A stretch of DNA of 64,000 nt from an uncultured Bacteroidia bacterium (GCA_902792815.1 CADBAY010000005.1:44504-108503); one strand, 5' to 3'. Positions 37,992 to 47,587 are shown, counted from the first letter of the stretch. Translations and numbers: made by a program. The notes: a model not told the origin generated them from the sequence alone.

Positions 37992-39243
37992 CGACCTTGC
38001 AGATTATTATCTTCGCTGGTATCATTCCCGCCCGGTGGCAATCACCGGCGGGAGACGTGAAGAGCTGCACCGTCTGCACCGTGTGCTAATGAAGTGCATC
38101 GACTTTTTCGCTCTGAACTACCGGCGCCTGGTGCCCGAATATATGCCGCTGGGAGATAAGGAGATGCAGATTCTGGATGAGCAGAGCCGCTACCCGTGGC
38201 GGGCCGGCACCTTCCGCCCCGACTATATCGTCTCCTCCGACGGCCGCCTGCTGCTCTGCGAGATTACCTCGCGTTTCTTCGCCCACGGAATCTTCATGTC
38301 CTGGTTCGGCGAGACTTTTATCTACAGGTTTTTGGCTGCTGCCGGCGAGTGCACGGAGGACGCAGGAGCCGCTTCGCGGCCCTTCCCTAAAGGGCCCCTC
38401 CCTCTTCCGGTGCCGAGGGTGGCACGTCCTGCGTCCTCCGCGCCCCCGCCGGCAGCAGAATTCCAGGAGATGATGGACTATATGCTCTCTATCGCCGGTG
38501 ACGCCAGGGAAATGTATGTATTCAAGAGCGCCGACCGCAGCGGCGAAATCCGCCTTTACACCCGCTTCTATCAATCACACGGCATAAAAGTAACTCTTAT
38601 CGAAGCCCCCGAAGTCGAGGCCCGCCGCGCCGAATGGGACCGCCCGGGAGTGTTTCTTGTGAGCGCCCTCAATCAGGTGGACATCTTATCTTACGGCATG
38701 GACACGCTGAAGGCAATGATGCAAAGGGGTATGTACAGCGACTTCCGCAACATTTTCCTTGTTCACGACAAGCGCTTCATGAGCCTGTGGTTCAACGATG
38801 ATTTTACCTCGCAGTGCCTAAGCCCCGGGGAGACCTCTTTGCTTCGCGCACATGCCATCCCTACTTATGTTACCCTGCCGCCTGATATCAGGGAGCATAA
38901 AGACCGCTATATCCTGAAGCCCTGCCGCCTCGGTAAAAGTGAGGGGGTTAATGCCGGCGTGCTTTGCACTGATGAAGAATGGAACGCCGTCCTTGACAGC
39001 GGTCCGGCTTCGGCGATGATCTGCCAACCGTTTATCAGTCAGCGCACTGTGCCTACGGTCTGGGAGGGAACGGAGTTCAACGATTATTTGTGCGGAATGA
39101 TGCTGTGCGTGAACGACCGTCTTTTCGACTGCAGCCATTTCCGCTGTTCCAGCCTTCCGGTAACCAACATCGGAGACGACCGCAAGGCCGCCGTACTGTT
39201 TACCGACGATCCGGCCCTTCTAAAACTCTGCGACGTACTATGA
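37984..39243 (+). CDS. Circularly permuted ATP-grasp / glutathionylspermidine-synthase-like amide ligase
   Basis: FRPDY..DGRLLLCEITSR, VHDKRF, YILKPCRLGKSEGV and ICQPFI appear in the permuted order. Start at ATG 37984 overlaps the rSAM stop. Carries a Pro/Ala-rich insert. Confidence 0.65.
   Translation: MYSDLADYYLRWYHSRPVAITGGRREELHRLHRVLMKCIDFFALNYRRLVPEYMPLGDKEMQILDEQSRYPWRAGTFRPDYIVSSDGRLLLCEITSRFFAHGIFMSWFGETFIYRFLAAAGECTEDAGAASRPFPKGPLPLPVPRVARPASSAPPPAAEFQEMMDYMLSIAGDAREMYVFKSADRSGEIRLYTRFYQSHGIKVTLIEAPEVEARRAEWDRPGVFLVSALNQVDILSYGMDTLKAMMQRGMYSDFRNIFLVHDKRFMSLWFNDDFTSQCLSPGETSLLRAHAIPTYVTLPPDIREHKDRYILKPCRLGKSEGVNAGVLCTDEEWNAVLDSGPASAMICQPFISQRTVPTVWEGTEFNDYLCGMMLCVNDRLFDCSHFRCSSLPVTNIGDDRKAAVLFTDDPALLKLCDVL
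38336..38458. mobile_element. 123-nt palindromic MITE/REP-like element, in frame inside the ATP-grasp CDS
   Basis: 32-nt arms (38336-38367 / 38427-38458) with 3 mismatches; core motifs shared with 50911-51038. Confidence 0.65.
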
Positions 39244-39959
39244 CGATAGCCGGAAACCAGCCGTACTTCTTCCCGTACTTCCCTTATTGGCAGCTTATTG
39301 CAGCGGCCGATGTGTTCGTTGTGAGTGACGACTACGCCTATATAAAGGCCGGCTGGGTAAACCGCAACCGCATACTTGTAAATGGTAAGCCGCATTATTT
39401 CAGGCTTGATGTAAAGCACTCCGGTGGTCCGCGCTTCATCAAGGATAAGAAGATTGTCCCTTTCGATGCCGGGACCAAGCTGCGGACTCTCGAGATGGCA
39501 TACCATTCAGCTCCGTATTTCGCTCAAGGATATCAGCTTACAGAACGCATACTCAGTTACCCGGGGGATGACTTGCTCGGTATTCTGGAGCTGTCAATCA
39601 ATGAAATATGCAACTATCTGGGCATACAGACCAGACTGGTGAGGAGTTCTTCTTTCGCGGGTAACGCTTCACTGAGGCGCGAGGAACGAATTTTCGACTT
39701 TTGCCGCACTCTTGGAGCCGACAGGTACATCAACGCCATAGGCGGACAGGCCCTGTACAGTAAAGAGGAGTTCAGGCGGGAGGGGGTGGAACTAAAGTTC
39801 CTGCAAAGTACCATGCCGCCGTACAGCCAGGCCCTCAGATTCCGGAGGCGCACTACCTGGGGCAGGGAGTTCGTGAAGGATCTCTCTGTGCTGGACGCCA
39901 TTATGTTCAACTCCCGAGAGGCCCTGCACGATATGCTGGGAGCGTACCGATTGATATGA
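39240..39959 (+). CDS. WbqC-family protein
   Basis: NQPYFFPYFPYWQLIAAADVFVVSDD, WVNRNRI, YHSAPYF, YINAIGG..LY, LSVLDAIMFN; ATGA overlap. Confidence 0.92.
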   Translation: MTIAGNQPYFFPYFPYWQLIAAADVFVVSDDYAYIKAGWVNRNRILVNGKPHYFRLDVKHSGGPRFIKDKKIVPFDAGTKLRTLEMAYHSAPYFAQGYQLTERILSYPGDDLLGILELSINEICNYLGIQTRLVRSSSFAGNASLRREERIFDFCRTLGADRYINAIGGQALYSKEEFRREGVELKFLQSTMPPYSQALRFRRRTTWGREFVKDLSVLDAIMFNSREALHDMLGAYRLI

Positions 39960-40768
39960 TGGTTACCGTAATATGCCTGGCCTACAATCATGGCCCTTAT
40001 ATACGCGACGCCCTTGAGGGCTTCGTGATGCAGAAGACCGCGTTCCCTTTTGAAGTGATAGTGCATGACGATGCCTCCACTGACGATACGCCCCGGATTA
40101 TCCGTGAATACGCAAGCCGCTACCCCGATATCATTCGCCCGGTGTTCCAGACGGAGAACCAGTATTCGAAGGGGATACCCATTTCGCAGACGTTTTTGTT
40201 CCCTCTGGTCAGAGGGCGCTATGTGGCTCTGTGCGAAGGCGACGACTATTGGACCGACCCGCTTAAGCTTTCCCGTCAGGTGGAAGCTCTGGAAGCAAAC
40301 CCGGGGGTTGACATATGCACCCACAAAGTGCTTAAAACCAAGAACGGAGCCCCTCACGGCTATGAGGGACCGGCCCGCGGCGGCCTTATTCCGGCCGGGA
40401 GGGTAATCCTGGGCGGGGGAGGCTTCGTAGCCACGTCTTCCATAATGTGCCGCACCGGATGCTACATGGATATTACTCCCATGCGCAAGGCGCTTTTGAT
40501 CGACTATACTCTCCAGGTGCAGGGCTCGCTCCGGGGCGGAATGCTGTATCTGCCTGATTGTATGGGAGTTTACCGCCGCGGCGTGCCGCATTCCTGGACC
40601 ACTGTGCACAGCGGGGCCAACAAGGCCGATGCATACCCGCGGTTTATCAGTATGCTTGATGAGCTAGATGCCTATACCCGGGGGCGCTACCGCTCCGCCA
40701 TCCGCCTTCGTAAGCTGTTTTACAAGGCTCATATTCAGTTCCGTAATCTTCAAAAGAAATTCCGATGA
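39956..40768 (+). CDS. GT2 glycosyltransferase
   Basis: CLAYNH, HDDASTD, YVALCEGDDYWTDPLKL. Confidence 0.93.
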   Translation: MMVTVICLAYNHGPYIRDALEGFVMQKTAFPFEVIVHDDASTDDTPRIIREYASRYPDIIRPVFQTENQYSKGIPISQTFLFPLVRGRYVALCEGDDYWTDPLKLSRQVEALEANPGVDICTHKVLKTKNGAPHGYEGPARGGLIPAGRVILGGGGFVATSSIMCRTGCYMDITPMRKALLIDYTLQVQGSLRGGMLYLPDCMGVYRRGVPHSWTTVHSGANKADAYPRFISMLDELDAYTRGRYRSAIRLRKLFYKAHIQFRNLQKKFR

Positions 40769-41859
40769 AAGATAAACGCCTGGAAGTTACCCGCACTACG
40801 CTCCCTCCGTTCGAGGAATTCTGCAACGAAATACGGCCTCTGTGGGATAGTTGCATGGTGACCAATATGGGGCCTAAACACGAGGAGTTTGAAGCGGCTC
40901 TGCGCGAGCGGCTCGGCTGCCGGGAGGTCTGCCTTTTTGCCAACGGCCATTTGGCGCTGGAGGCCGCCCTTCGCGCCCTGAGGCTGCCTGCCGGGTCGGA
41001 AGTTATTACCACTCCCTTTACCTTCGTTTCCACAACACATGCCATAGTGCGCTGCGGCCTGAAACCTGTTTTCTGTGACGTCCGCCCCTCCGACGGCACC
41101 CTTGACCCCGATGCGGCAGAGGCCCTCGTCACTGCACGCACATCGGCCATATTGCCCGTCCATGTGTATGGTAATGTGTGCGATGTTGAGCGCCTGGGCG
41201 CCCTGGCCCGCCGCTATTCGCTGAAACTGGTTTACGATGCCGCCCACGCCTTTACCGAGTATGCCGGCGGCAGGCACGCAGCTGCCTGGGGAGATGCTTC
41301 TGTGCTGAGTTTTCACGCCACCAAGCTGTTCAGTACCGTTGAGGGCGGCGCGGTGTGTACCGATGATGCCGGCCTTGTGCAGGCGCTCCGGGATGAGAGA
41401 AATTTCGGGATACGCAGTAAAGAGTGCTGCTCGTATATCGGCGGGAATGCCAAGCTGAACGAGTTCCAGGCAATAATGGGTCTTTGCAACCTCCGGCATC
41501 TCGACGCCGCCCTGGATGCCCGAAGGAAGGCTGCCGGGCTCTATCGCGGCTTGCTTTCAGCTGAGGCGGGAGGCACGCAGCCGTTCCCGTCGGGAGCTTC
41601 TTATTTCCCGGTGCTGTTTGCTTCACAGAGCGAGCGTGACGCTGCCGCGGACACCCTCGAGCGCAACGGAATAGGAGCCAGGAAGTACTTCTGGCCTCTT
41701 ACTTCAGATATGGATTGCTACAGCGCGTTTGCCAAGGGTGACACTCCCGTGGCCAGGGATCTGTCGGCACGTATCCTCACCCTGCCGTTGTATCCCGGTC
41801 TTGCCGAGGAAGATATTTACCGGGTGTGCAGCTTGGTCCGGGGGATTACAACGATGTAG
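40765..41859 (+). CDS. DegT/DnrJ/EryC1/StrS aminotransferase, VioA-like
   Basis: TNMGP, LFANGHLAL, TTPFTFVST, YDAAHAF, SFHATKLF (PLP Lys), NAKLNE, LTLPLYP. Confidence 0.9.
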   Translation: MKDKRLEVTRTTLPPFEEFCNEIRPLWDSCMVTNMGPKHEEFEAALRERLGCREVCLFANGHLALEAALRALRLPAGSEVITTPFTFVSTTHAIVRCGLKPVFCDVRPSDGTLDPDAAEALVTARTSAILPVHVYGNVCDVERLGALARRYSLKLVYDAAHAFTEYAGGRHAAAWGDASVLSFHATKLFSTVEGGAVCTDDAGLVQALRDERNFGIRSKECCSYIGGNAKLNEFQAIMGLCNLRHLDAALDARRKAAGLYRGLLSAEAGGTQPFPSGASYFPVLFASQSERDAAADTLERNGIGARKYFWPLTSDMDCYSAFAKGDTPVARDLSARILTLPLYPGLAEEDIYRVCSLVRGITTM

Positions 41860-42722
41860 GTGCGCTGCTCTTTGTTGAGAAGCTTATTGTCGCGCAGCCA
41901 CAGGTTGGCCCGCTTGAGGTCGGCGTAGCTGATTGAGTATTGATTGGCAAATTCTACCAGGCTTTCGATGCTTCCTGATACTGTAACTGTGTGCAGAGGT
42001 TCGACATATGAGTACTTCTCCTTGATGTCGTAACCGAAGGCTTTGGGGTTGGCGAACAGCATTTTGGCCGCCAATATTCTGTAGATATAGCGCGTGGTCT
42101 CTTCGGGGAGCCACAAATCTTCAAATGCTTCCTGCTGCTGGTCGGCGATGCGGGAGCTGACTCCGCCCATTCCGCAGTTGTAGCTGGCGGCTACGTTGTA
42201 CCAGTTCTTGAATTTGGCGTATGCTCTCTTTATGTACTGGCAGGCCGCTTCGGTTTCTTTGAGGTCGTTGAAGCGTTCGTCCACTTCGAGATTTACCGTC
42301 ATTCCGTAGTCGCGTGCCGTGGTCTTGGTGAATTGCCACAGGCCGGCGGCTCCGCTCACTGACACTGCTTTAGGGTCGAGGTTGCTCTCGATGACGCACA
42401 GATACTTGAAGTCGTCGGGTATTCCTGCGGCCTTGAGGGCTTTTTCGATCATGGGGAAGTACCGTCCGGAGCGTTTGAGCATGAGGGTTGTGGTGGTGTG
42501 CATGTATGTGAAGGACATGAGTTCCCTGTCCATGCGTTCGTACTTTTCGGGGGTGTCGAACCATAGTGTGTCGCCGCAGAAGACTCCGTATGCGGGCACG
42601 GAGGGCGGGGCGGGATGTAGTTCGTCGGATGGCGGTGCATACAGGCCCTGGGCCGATACCGGAACTGATAACAGCATCAATGCCGTCAAAGCCAAATATG
42701 AGATAGATTTGTTCATAATCAT
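41817..42722 (-). CDS. Lytic transglycosylase (SLT domain, MltD-like)
   Basis: IESNLDP, AAGLWQF, ASYNCG, ETTRYI; 3' end overlaps the convergent aminotransferase by 43 nt. Confidence 0.9.
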   Translation of the reverse strand: MIMNKSISYLALTALMLLSVPVSAQGLYAPPSDELHPAPPSVPAYGVFCGDTLWFDTPEKYERMDRELMSFTYMHTTTTLMLKRSGRYFPMIEKALKAAGIPDDFKYLCVIESNLDPKAVSVSGAAGLWQFTKTTARDYGMTVNLEVDERFNDLKETEAACQYIKRAYAKFKNWYNVAASYNCGMGGVSSRIADQQQEAFEDLWLPEETTRYIYRILAAKMLFANPKAFGYDIKEKYSYVEPLHTVTVSGSIESLVEFANQYSISYADLKRANLWLRDNKLLNKEQRTYIVVIPRTKLHTR

Positions 42723-44026
42723 TGTTCTATAACTCCGCTGCCTAGAAGCTCCGGAGCATCGTAAGGGTCTGACTCGTCGTAAGGGGCGTAAAAGGCCGCA
42801 AACTGCCCGGGAGTGATGCTGCGCTGCGCCTGGTCGAACACAACATAGAGCCCGGCCTCACGCATCAACAACACTGCCTCTTGCAGCTCCTGGCGGTAGC
42901 GTATCCTCACCCGGCACTTCAGTGCCCCTCCTTCAGGAAGGGATAAAGAAGGCCGCATCCAGTGTATCTCGTCCGGAGCGATGCGCAGCACCCTGCGCCA
43001 CAGCCCCTTATGATCTTCTCCTTCTCCCACGTAAACGCGGTTGGCTTCGATGTCGGTGGCGAGTACAAAGAGAGGCTTGGCGTGCCCTCCTATAGAGAGG
43101 CCTTTGCGCTGGCCCAGGGTATAGAACTGTGCTCCCTCGTGACGCCCGATGATCTTGCCCAAGGGATTGTCTTTGTAGCGTGTCTTTTTGATATGGTGCT
43201 TGCCGGAGCGGTAAGTCTCGGTCTGGAAGACGAGCGAAGAATAATCAAGTGGCGTAGCAAGTTCTTCCAAATCTTCGTCCGACAGGCAGGAAGGGTCGGT
43301 GCAGGCACTGAGGATGGAGTTATCCTTGCGGTACTTTTCTGACGAAGAGTACCAGGCGTCGTAAACTTCCACCACATCTCCTTCCACGCTCCTGAGTTTT
43401 TGCTGAAGAAAGACAGGCAGGTCAACCTTGCCCACGAAGCAAATGCCCTGGGAATCTTTTTTATCTGCCGACGGCAGTTCGGCCTCCACTGCAAGGGTCC
43501 TTACTTCGCTCTTGAGCATGCCGCCAATGGGGAAGAGGGCGCGGGAGAGCTGCTCCTGACTGAGCTGGCAGAGGAAGTAGCTCTGGTCTTTGCCCGGGTC
43601 TATGCCTTCAAGCAGCTTCCAGCTTCCGTCCGGGGCCTGCTCTTTACGGCAATAGTGGCCTGTGGCCACCATGTCCGCTCCGAGAGCGAGGGCCTTTTGG
43701 AGGAAGGCGTCGAATTTGATTTCGCGGTTGCAGAGCACGTCGGGGTTGGGGGTGCGGCCCCGTGAGTATTCATCGAACATATAGTCCACCACCCTTTGGC
43801 GGTATTCGCCGGACAGATCGACAAAGTAGAAGGGGATACCTATCTTGCGGGCCACAAGTTCGGCCACGAACTTGTCTTCTTCCCATTCGCAGTCGCCGTG
43901 CAGGGTGCCTTCGGTATCGTGCCAGTTTTGCATGAACATCCCAAAAACATCGTAGCCCTGTGCTTTAAGCAACAGGGCCGCAACGCTGGAGTCAACGCCT
44001 CCGGATAGTCCTACGCATACTTTCAT
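42719..44026 (-). CDS. mnmA: tRNA 2-thiouridylase MnmA
   Basis: GLSGGVDSS, TPNPDVLCNREIKF, ATGHY, KDQSYFL, KDSQGICF, GQRKGL, ITPGQ. Real start is MKVCVG at 44026 (ATGA overlap). Confidence 0.95.
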   Translation of the reverse strand: MKVCVGLSGGVDSSVAALLLKAQGYDVFGMFMQNWHDTEGTLHGDCEWEEDKFVAELVARKIGIPFYFVDLSGEYRQRVVDYMFDEYSRGRTPNPDVLCNREIKFDAFLQKALALGADMVATGHYCRKEQAPDGSWKLLEGIDPGKDQSYFLCQLSQEQLSRALFPIGGMLKSEVRTLAVEAELPSADKKDSQGICFVGKVDLPVFLQQKLRSVEGDVVEVYDAWYSSSEKYRKDNSILSACTDPSCLSDEDLEELATPLDYSSLVFQTETYRSGKHHIKKTRYKDNPLGKIIGRHEGAQFYTLGQRKGLSIGGHAKPLFVLATDIEANRVYVGEGEDHKGLWRRVLRIAPDEIHWMRPSLSLPEGGALKCRVRIRYRQELQEAVLLMREAGLYVVFDQAQRSITPGQFAAFYAPYDESDPYDAPELLGSGVIEQ

Positions 44027-44535
44027 CTCAGGTCGGTTATTACCCACGAAGAGTCCAGGGCGCCGGTATTGAATGTAAACTCGGAGCCGTTGCCGAGGGG
44101 CTCGGAGGTCTTGATTGAAGTGAGTACGAACGTGGCTCCCTTGGCGGGGCCCTCTCCTGTGTACTTGCCGCTGGCGCTGGCCTCTCCTACGATGAGCTTG
44201 GTCACGCTGCCGAGCAGTTTTTCGGGTGAGATGAGCATGTCTTCCTCCTCGCCGGGAGCCTCGATGTACACCTCTTTTGCCGAATTGTCCACGGTCCAGC
44301 GGACTTTGCCGTTGCACCAGATTTCGGCGCCGTTGTCGCTGATAATGTAGCTTTTGCCCTCGATGAGGGCTGTGCCTATGTGCTTCACAGGCACCTTGTC
44401 GGCAGTGGTGAGGCTGAACTCGAACGAGAGCCTCTTGCCCTCGATCTTCTTGAGAAGAGCCTGGGCTGAACTGCCCTGCGCCGCCGCTGCTATGCTGGCG
44501 ACCGCGAGCAAAACTATGAGTGCGAACCGTTTCAT
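44023..44535 (-). CDS. LolA-like lipoprotein carrier
   Basis: Signal peptide; IWCNGKVRWTVD..KEVYI..P..LL motif; downstream of ftsK. Confidence 0.75.
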   Translation of the reverse strand: MKRFALIVLLAVASIAAAAQGSSAQALLKKIEGKRLSFEFSLTTADKVPVKHIGTALIEGKSYIISDNGAEIWCNGKVRWTVDNSAKEVYIEAPGEEEDMLISPEKLLGSVTKLIVGEASASGKYTGEGPAKGATFVLTSIKTSEPLGNGSEFTFNTGALDSSWVITDLR

Positions 44536-46925
44536 TTTACAAAAGCGTCAAGCAGGCTCTGGAGACTGTTCAGGTCGGGGATTAGAACCTGACGGGGCTT
44601 TGCTCCGTCTTGCGGTCCTACCACTCCGGCGGCCTCCAGTTGTCCCATTACTCTTGCAGCCTTCGCAAATCCCATACCGAGACGGGTCTGAAGATAAGAA
44701 GTCGATGCTTTTTGTGTGGTAACCACCAGCTCGGCGGCCTCGCGGAAGCGTTCGTCCACGTCGGACATATCGGCCCCGCCGCCACCGCTTTCGCCTTCGG
44801 CGTCTTCGGCGCTTGGCAGGTAATAAGGCGTATTGTAGCTCTTGGCGTAGCCCTGCTGGTCGCTTATGTAAGAGGTGATTTCTTCAATCTCGTCGCCGCT
44901 CACGTAGCCGCACTGGATACGTTCGGTGTCGATGCCGGCGGAGAAGAGCATGTCGCCCTTGCCTATCAGCTTCTCGGCGCCCGGAGCATCCAGAATGGTC
45001 ATGGAGTCGATCCTGGAGGCAACCCTGAACGCGATACGCATAGGGAAGTTGCTCTTGATGAGGCCGGAGATCACGTCAACAGAAGGCCTCTGGGTGGCCA
45101 GTATCACATGGATACCCGCCGCGCGTCCTTTCTGGGCAAGGCGGATGATGGAGCCGGTGATGCTGCGCCCGGCGGCCTTGGCCTCGGGGCCTCCGCCGCT
45201 GGTCATGGTAAGGTCGGCATATTCATCCACCACCACTACCAGATATGGCAGGAAACGGTGTCCCTGGTCGCTGCGGAGATGGTGCTGGCGGAATTTGTCG
45301 TTATAAAGGGTGATCTTGTTCACGCCAGCCTTGGACAGCAGTTCGTAGCGCTCGTCCATCTCGATGCATACCGAGCGAAGGATCTTTTCGGCGTCCTTCG
45401 GCTTCTTGACTATGGCGGCGCTCATCTCCTCTTCTTCCGACACCGCGTCGGGCATAACCGCAAGGTAATGGTGCAGCAGCTTGGCGTAGGAGGAGAATTC
45501 CACCATCTTGGGATCGATGAATACGAACTTGAGTTCCGAAGGATGGCGGCTGTACAGCAGCGAGCTCACTATCACGTTGAGGCCCACCGACTTACCCTGC
45601 TTGGTGGCACCCGCGATGAGCAGGTGGGGAGCGTCGGCTAGGTCGAACACTTTGACCTTCTGGGTGATGGTATATCCGATGGCTACCGGCAGCTCTGCTT
45701 TGCTGTTGCGGAACGCGTCGTCGTTCAGAAGGGCCTTGAGAGGCACTATCGAGGCAAAGTCGTTGGCTACCTCTATGCCCACCGAATCTTCCAGCGTTAC
45801 CACGCGTACGCCCTTGGCTCTCAGCGACATGGCAATATCTTCCTGGAGCTTCTTGATATCCGAAATCTTGACTCCCGGAGCAGGGTACACCTTGTAAAGC
45901 GTCACCGTCGGACCCACGATGGCCGTTACGTCGTTGACCTGGATCTTGTAGTTGGCAAGAGCGGCGCGTATCTTGTTGCGGTTGCGCACCAGCTCTTCGG
46001 TGGATACGTCGTGGCGGTTGCTCTCGTGCGCTTCAAGCAGCTCCAGCGAAGGCGGGAAATTGAATTTGGGGAGCCCGTCTGGCGGGTCGAGACGGTTGTT
46101 TATGGGCTTGAGCTCCTTTTTGATGTCGGTGTCAAGCCCCTCGCCGAAGTCGGCGGTTATAGGGTCGTTCTCGTCAGGCTCCGGATCTTTGGGGGCCTGG
46201 GGCTTTACGGGCTTGGTCTTTGCGGGCTCCTGCTTTAAAGGGACGTTTACAGCGGGTGCAGGCTCGGAGGGAACCGGATCGGCTGCGGGCTCGGGTGCTG
46301 TTTTGATGCGGCTGCGACGAGGGGCGGGGAGCTCGATTTCGATGTCGTCTCCTCCCTTGTTCTTGTTCCACAGTCCGGACAGCCAGCTGTTGAACCGGCT
46401 CGAGAAGAAGAACAGCCAGAGCACTATCAGGAGCAATATGACTATTGCCGTGATGTAGGGCCCGAGCACACGGAACGAAAAACCGGTGAGGGCTGCTCCG
46501 CAGGCTCCTCCCAGTCCTCCGCCGAAAGCATTGTCAAGGCCGGCCACATTGCTGACGAAAGCAAGCAGCAGCGAGACTATGAAGGCTCCGGAGAGGGTAA
46601 GCAGCAGGGTTTTGGCAAAAGATGCGATCCAGCGTCCGGTGAGCAGCCTGACCGCTATGACCACCAGGATGACCAGCAGGGCGAAGCTGCCGAACCCGAG
46701 GAAGTCGCAGACGAAAAACTTGCCGGTCTTGTAGCCCAGGGTGCCGGCGGCGTTGGATACCGCCTCTCCCGGAACGAAACTCATATCCTGTTTCCAGTGG
46801 AAGAGATACGATACGGTAGAAATCAGAATGAACAGAGCCGCGGCCGCCACTATCAGTCCAAGTATCTTGACGGCGGAAGCGCGCTGGTTCTCGTCCCAGT
46901 TGCGTATGAACGAGGGAGCTTTCAT
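44532..46925 (-). CDS. ftsK: DNA translocase FtsK
   Basis: N-terminal 4TM domain, Pro-rich linker, PHLLIAGATKQGKS, IDPKMVE, VVDEYAD, ATQRPS, GKGDML, gamma domain. Confidence 0.95.
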   Translation of the reverse strand: MKAPSFIRNWDENQRASAVKILGLIVAAAALFILISTVSYLFHWKQDMSFVPGEAVSNAAGTLGYKTGKFFVCDFLGFGSFALLVILVVIAVRLLTGRWIASFAKTLLLTLSGAFIVSLLLAFVSNVAGLDNAFGGGLGGACGAALTGFSFRVLGPYITAIVILLLIVLWLFFFSSRFNSWLSGLWNKNKGGDDIEIELPAPRRSRIKTAPEPAADPVPSEPAPAVNVPLKQEPAKTKPVKPQAPKDPEPDENDPITADFGEGLDTDIKKELKPINNRLDPPDGLPKFNFPPSLELLEAHESNRHDVSTEELVRNRNKIRAALANYKIQVNDVTAIVGPTVTLYKVYPAPGVKISDIKKLQEDIAMSLRAKGVRVVTLEDSVGIEVANDFASIVPLKALLNDDAFRNSKAELPVAIGYTITQKVKVFDLADAPHLLIAGATKQGKSVGLNVIVSSLLYSRHPSELKFVFIDPKMVEFSSYAKLLHHYLAVMPDAVSEEEEMSAAIVKKPKDAEKILRSVCIEMDERYELLSKAGVNKITLYNDKFRQHHLRSDQGHRFLPYLVVVVDEYADLTMTSGGGPEAKAAGRSITGSIIRLAQKGRAAGIHVILATQRPSVDVISGLIKSNFPMRIAFRVASRIDSMTILDAPGAEKLIGKGDMLFSAGIDTERIQCGYVSGDEIEEITSYISDQQGYAKSYNTPYYLPSAEDAEGESGGGGADMSDVDERFREAAELVVTTQKASTSYLQTRLGMGFAKAARVMGQLEAAGVVGPQDGAKPRQVLIPDLNSLQSLLDAFVK

Positions 46926-47587
46926 TATTTTCTCTTGCCTTTTTTACGGAAACCGCGGTTCTTGCCGCCGCCCTGCCCCACGTTGATGTTGAGCCCGGGA
47001 CGGTTGTACTGGGTGTCCATGTTGATTTGGTTAAGCTTGATGCCTTCGGGAACCTTGAGCCGGTGGTCGGAAAGCTTCTCGATGTCTTTGAAAATGGTTT
47101 CGTCCGACACGCTGTCTTTGTTCCAGATGAGGTACTGCTGGCGCATGTAGATGGCCAGCGAACGTATCATTTCGGTCTTGATTTCGCTCTCGGGCTCCTC
47201 GCACAGCAGGCCTATGATCTTTTCGATGTTGCGCCCGTAGTGGGTGGCCTTGATTTTCTCGCCCTTCATGGGAATGGGCACCGGCCTGGTCTTCATTTCT
47301 TCCTCCACGGGGGCGGGGTAAGGGGAGTCGACGTCGAGGTCGTATCCGGCTATCATGTAGAGATGGTCCCAGAGTTTGTGGTCGTAATTGTCGAGGCTTC
47401 TCACCTGAGGATTAAGGATTTCCATCACCTTGATGATGGCCCTGGCCTGACGGGTCCGCTTCTCGCGGTCGGTGATGCATTTCATCAGCTCGACCATTTT
47501 GAGCACGTTGCGCCCGTATTCGGGCATATCGAGCTTCTCCCGCTCCGTATTGTAATCCAGCCCGATGTTATTTATGCTTTGCTCCAT
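46925..47587 (-). CDS. DUF4290-family protein
   Basis: LDYNTER..MPEYGRNV, KLWDHL, HYGRNI. Start moved to MEQSIN because the -7 element lies at 47612-47619. Confidence 0.8.
   Translation of the reverse strand: MEQSINNIGLDYNTEREKLDMPEYGRNVLKMVELMKCITDREKRTRQARAIIKVMEILNPQVRSLDNYDHKLWDHLYMIAGYDLDVDSPYPAPVEEEMKTRPVPIPMKGEKIKATHYGRNIEKIIGLLCEEPESEIKTEMIRSLAIYMRQQYLIWNKDSVSDETIFKDIEKLSDHRLKVPEGIKLNQINMDTQYNRPGLNINVGQGGGKNRGFRKKGKRK

Noticed and set aside
42719-44026. Long internal insertion in MnmA (ILSACTDPSC...KTRYKDNP)
   Set aside because: Bacteroidetes MnmA commonly has an extension in this region; no intein or palindromic signature was seen.
42719-44317. 532-aa version of mnmA with an Arg-rich N-terminal extension
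   Set aside because: The extension overlaps the lolA-like gene in another frame; the real start is the ATG at 44026. ORF-track extensions of GH3, SusD, DPP7, rSAM, ligase, WbqC and RSH were trimmed on similar grounds (overlap with a neighbour or promoter, or a better signal-peptide start).
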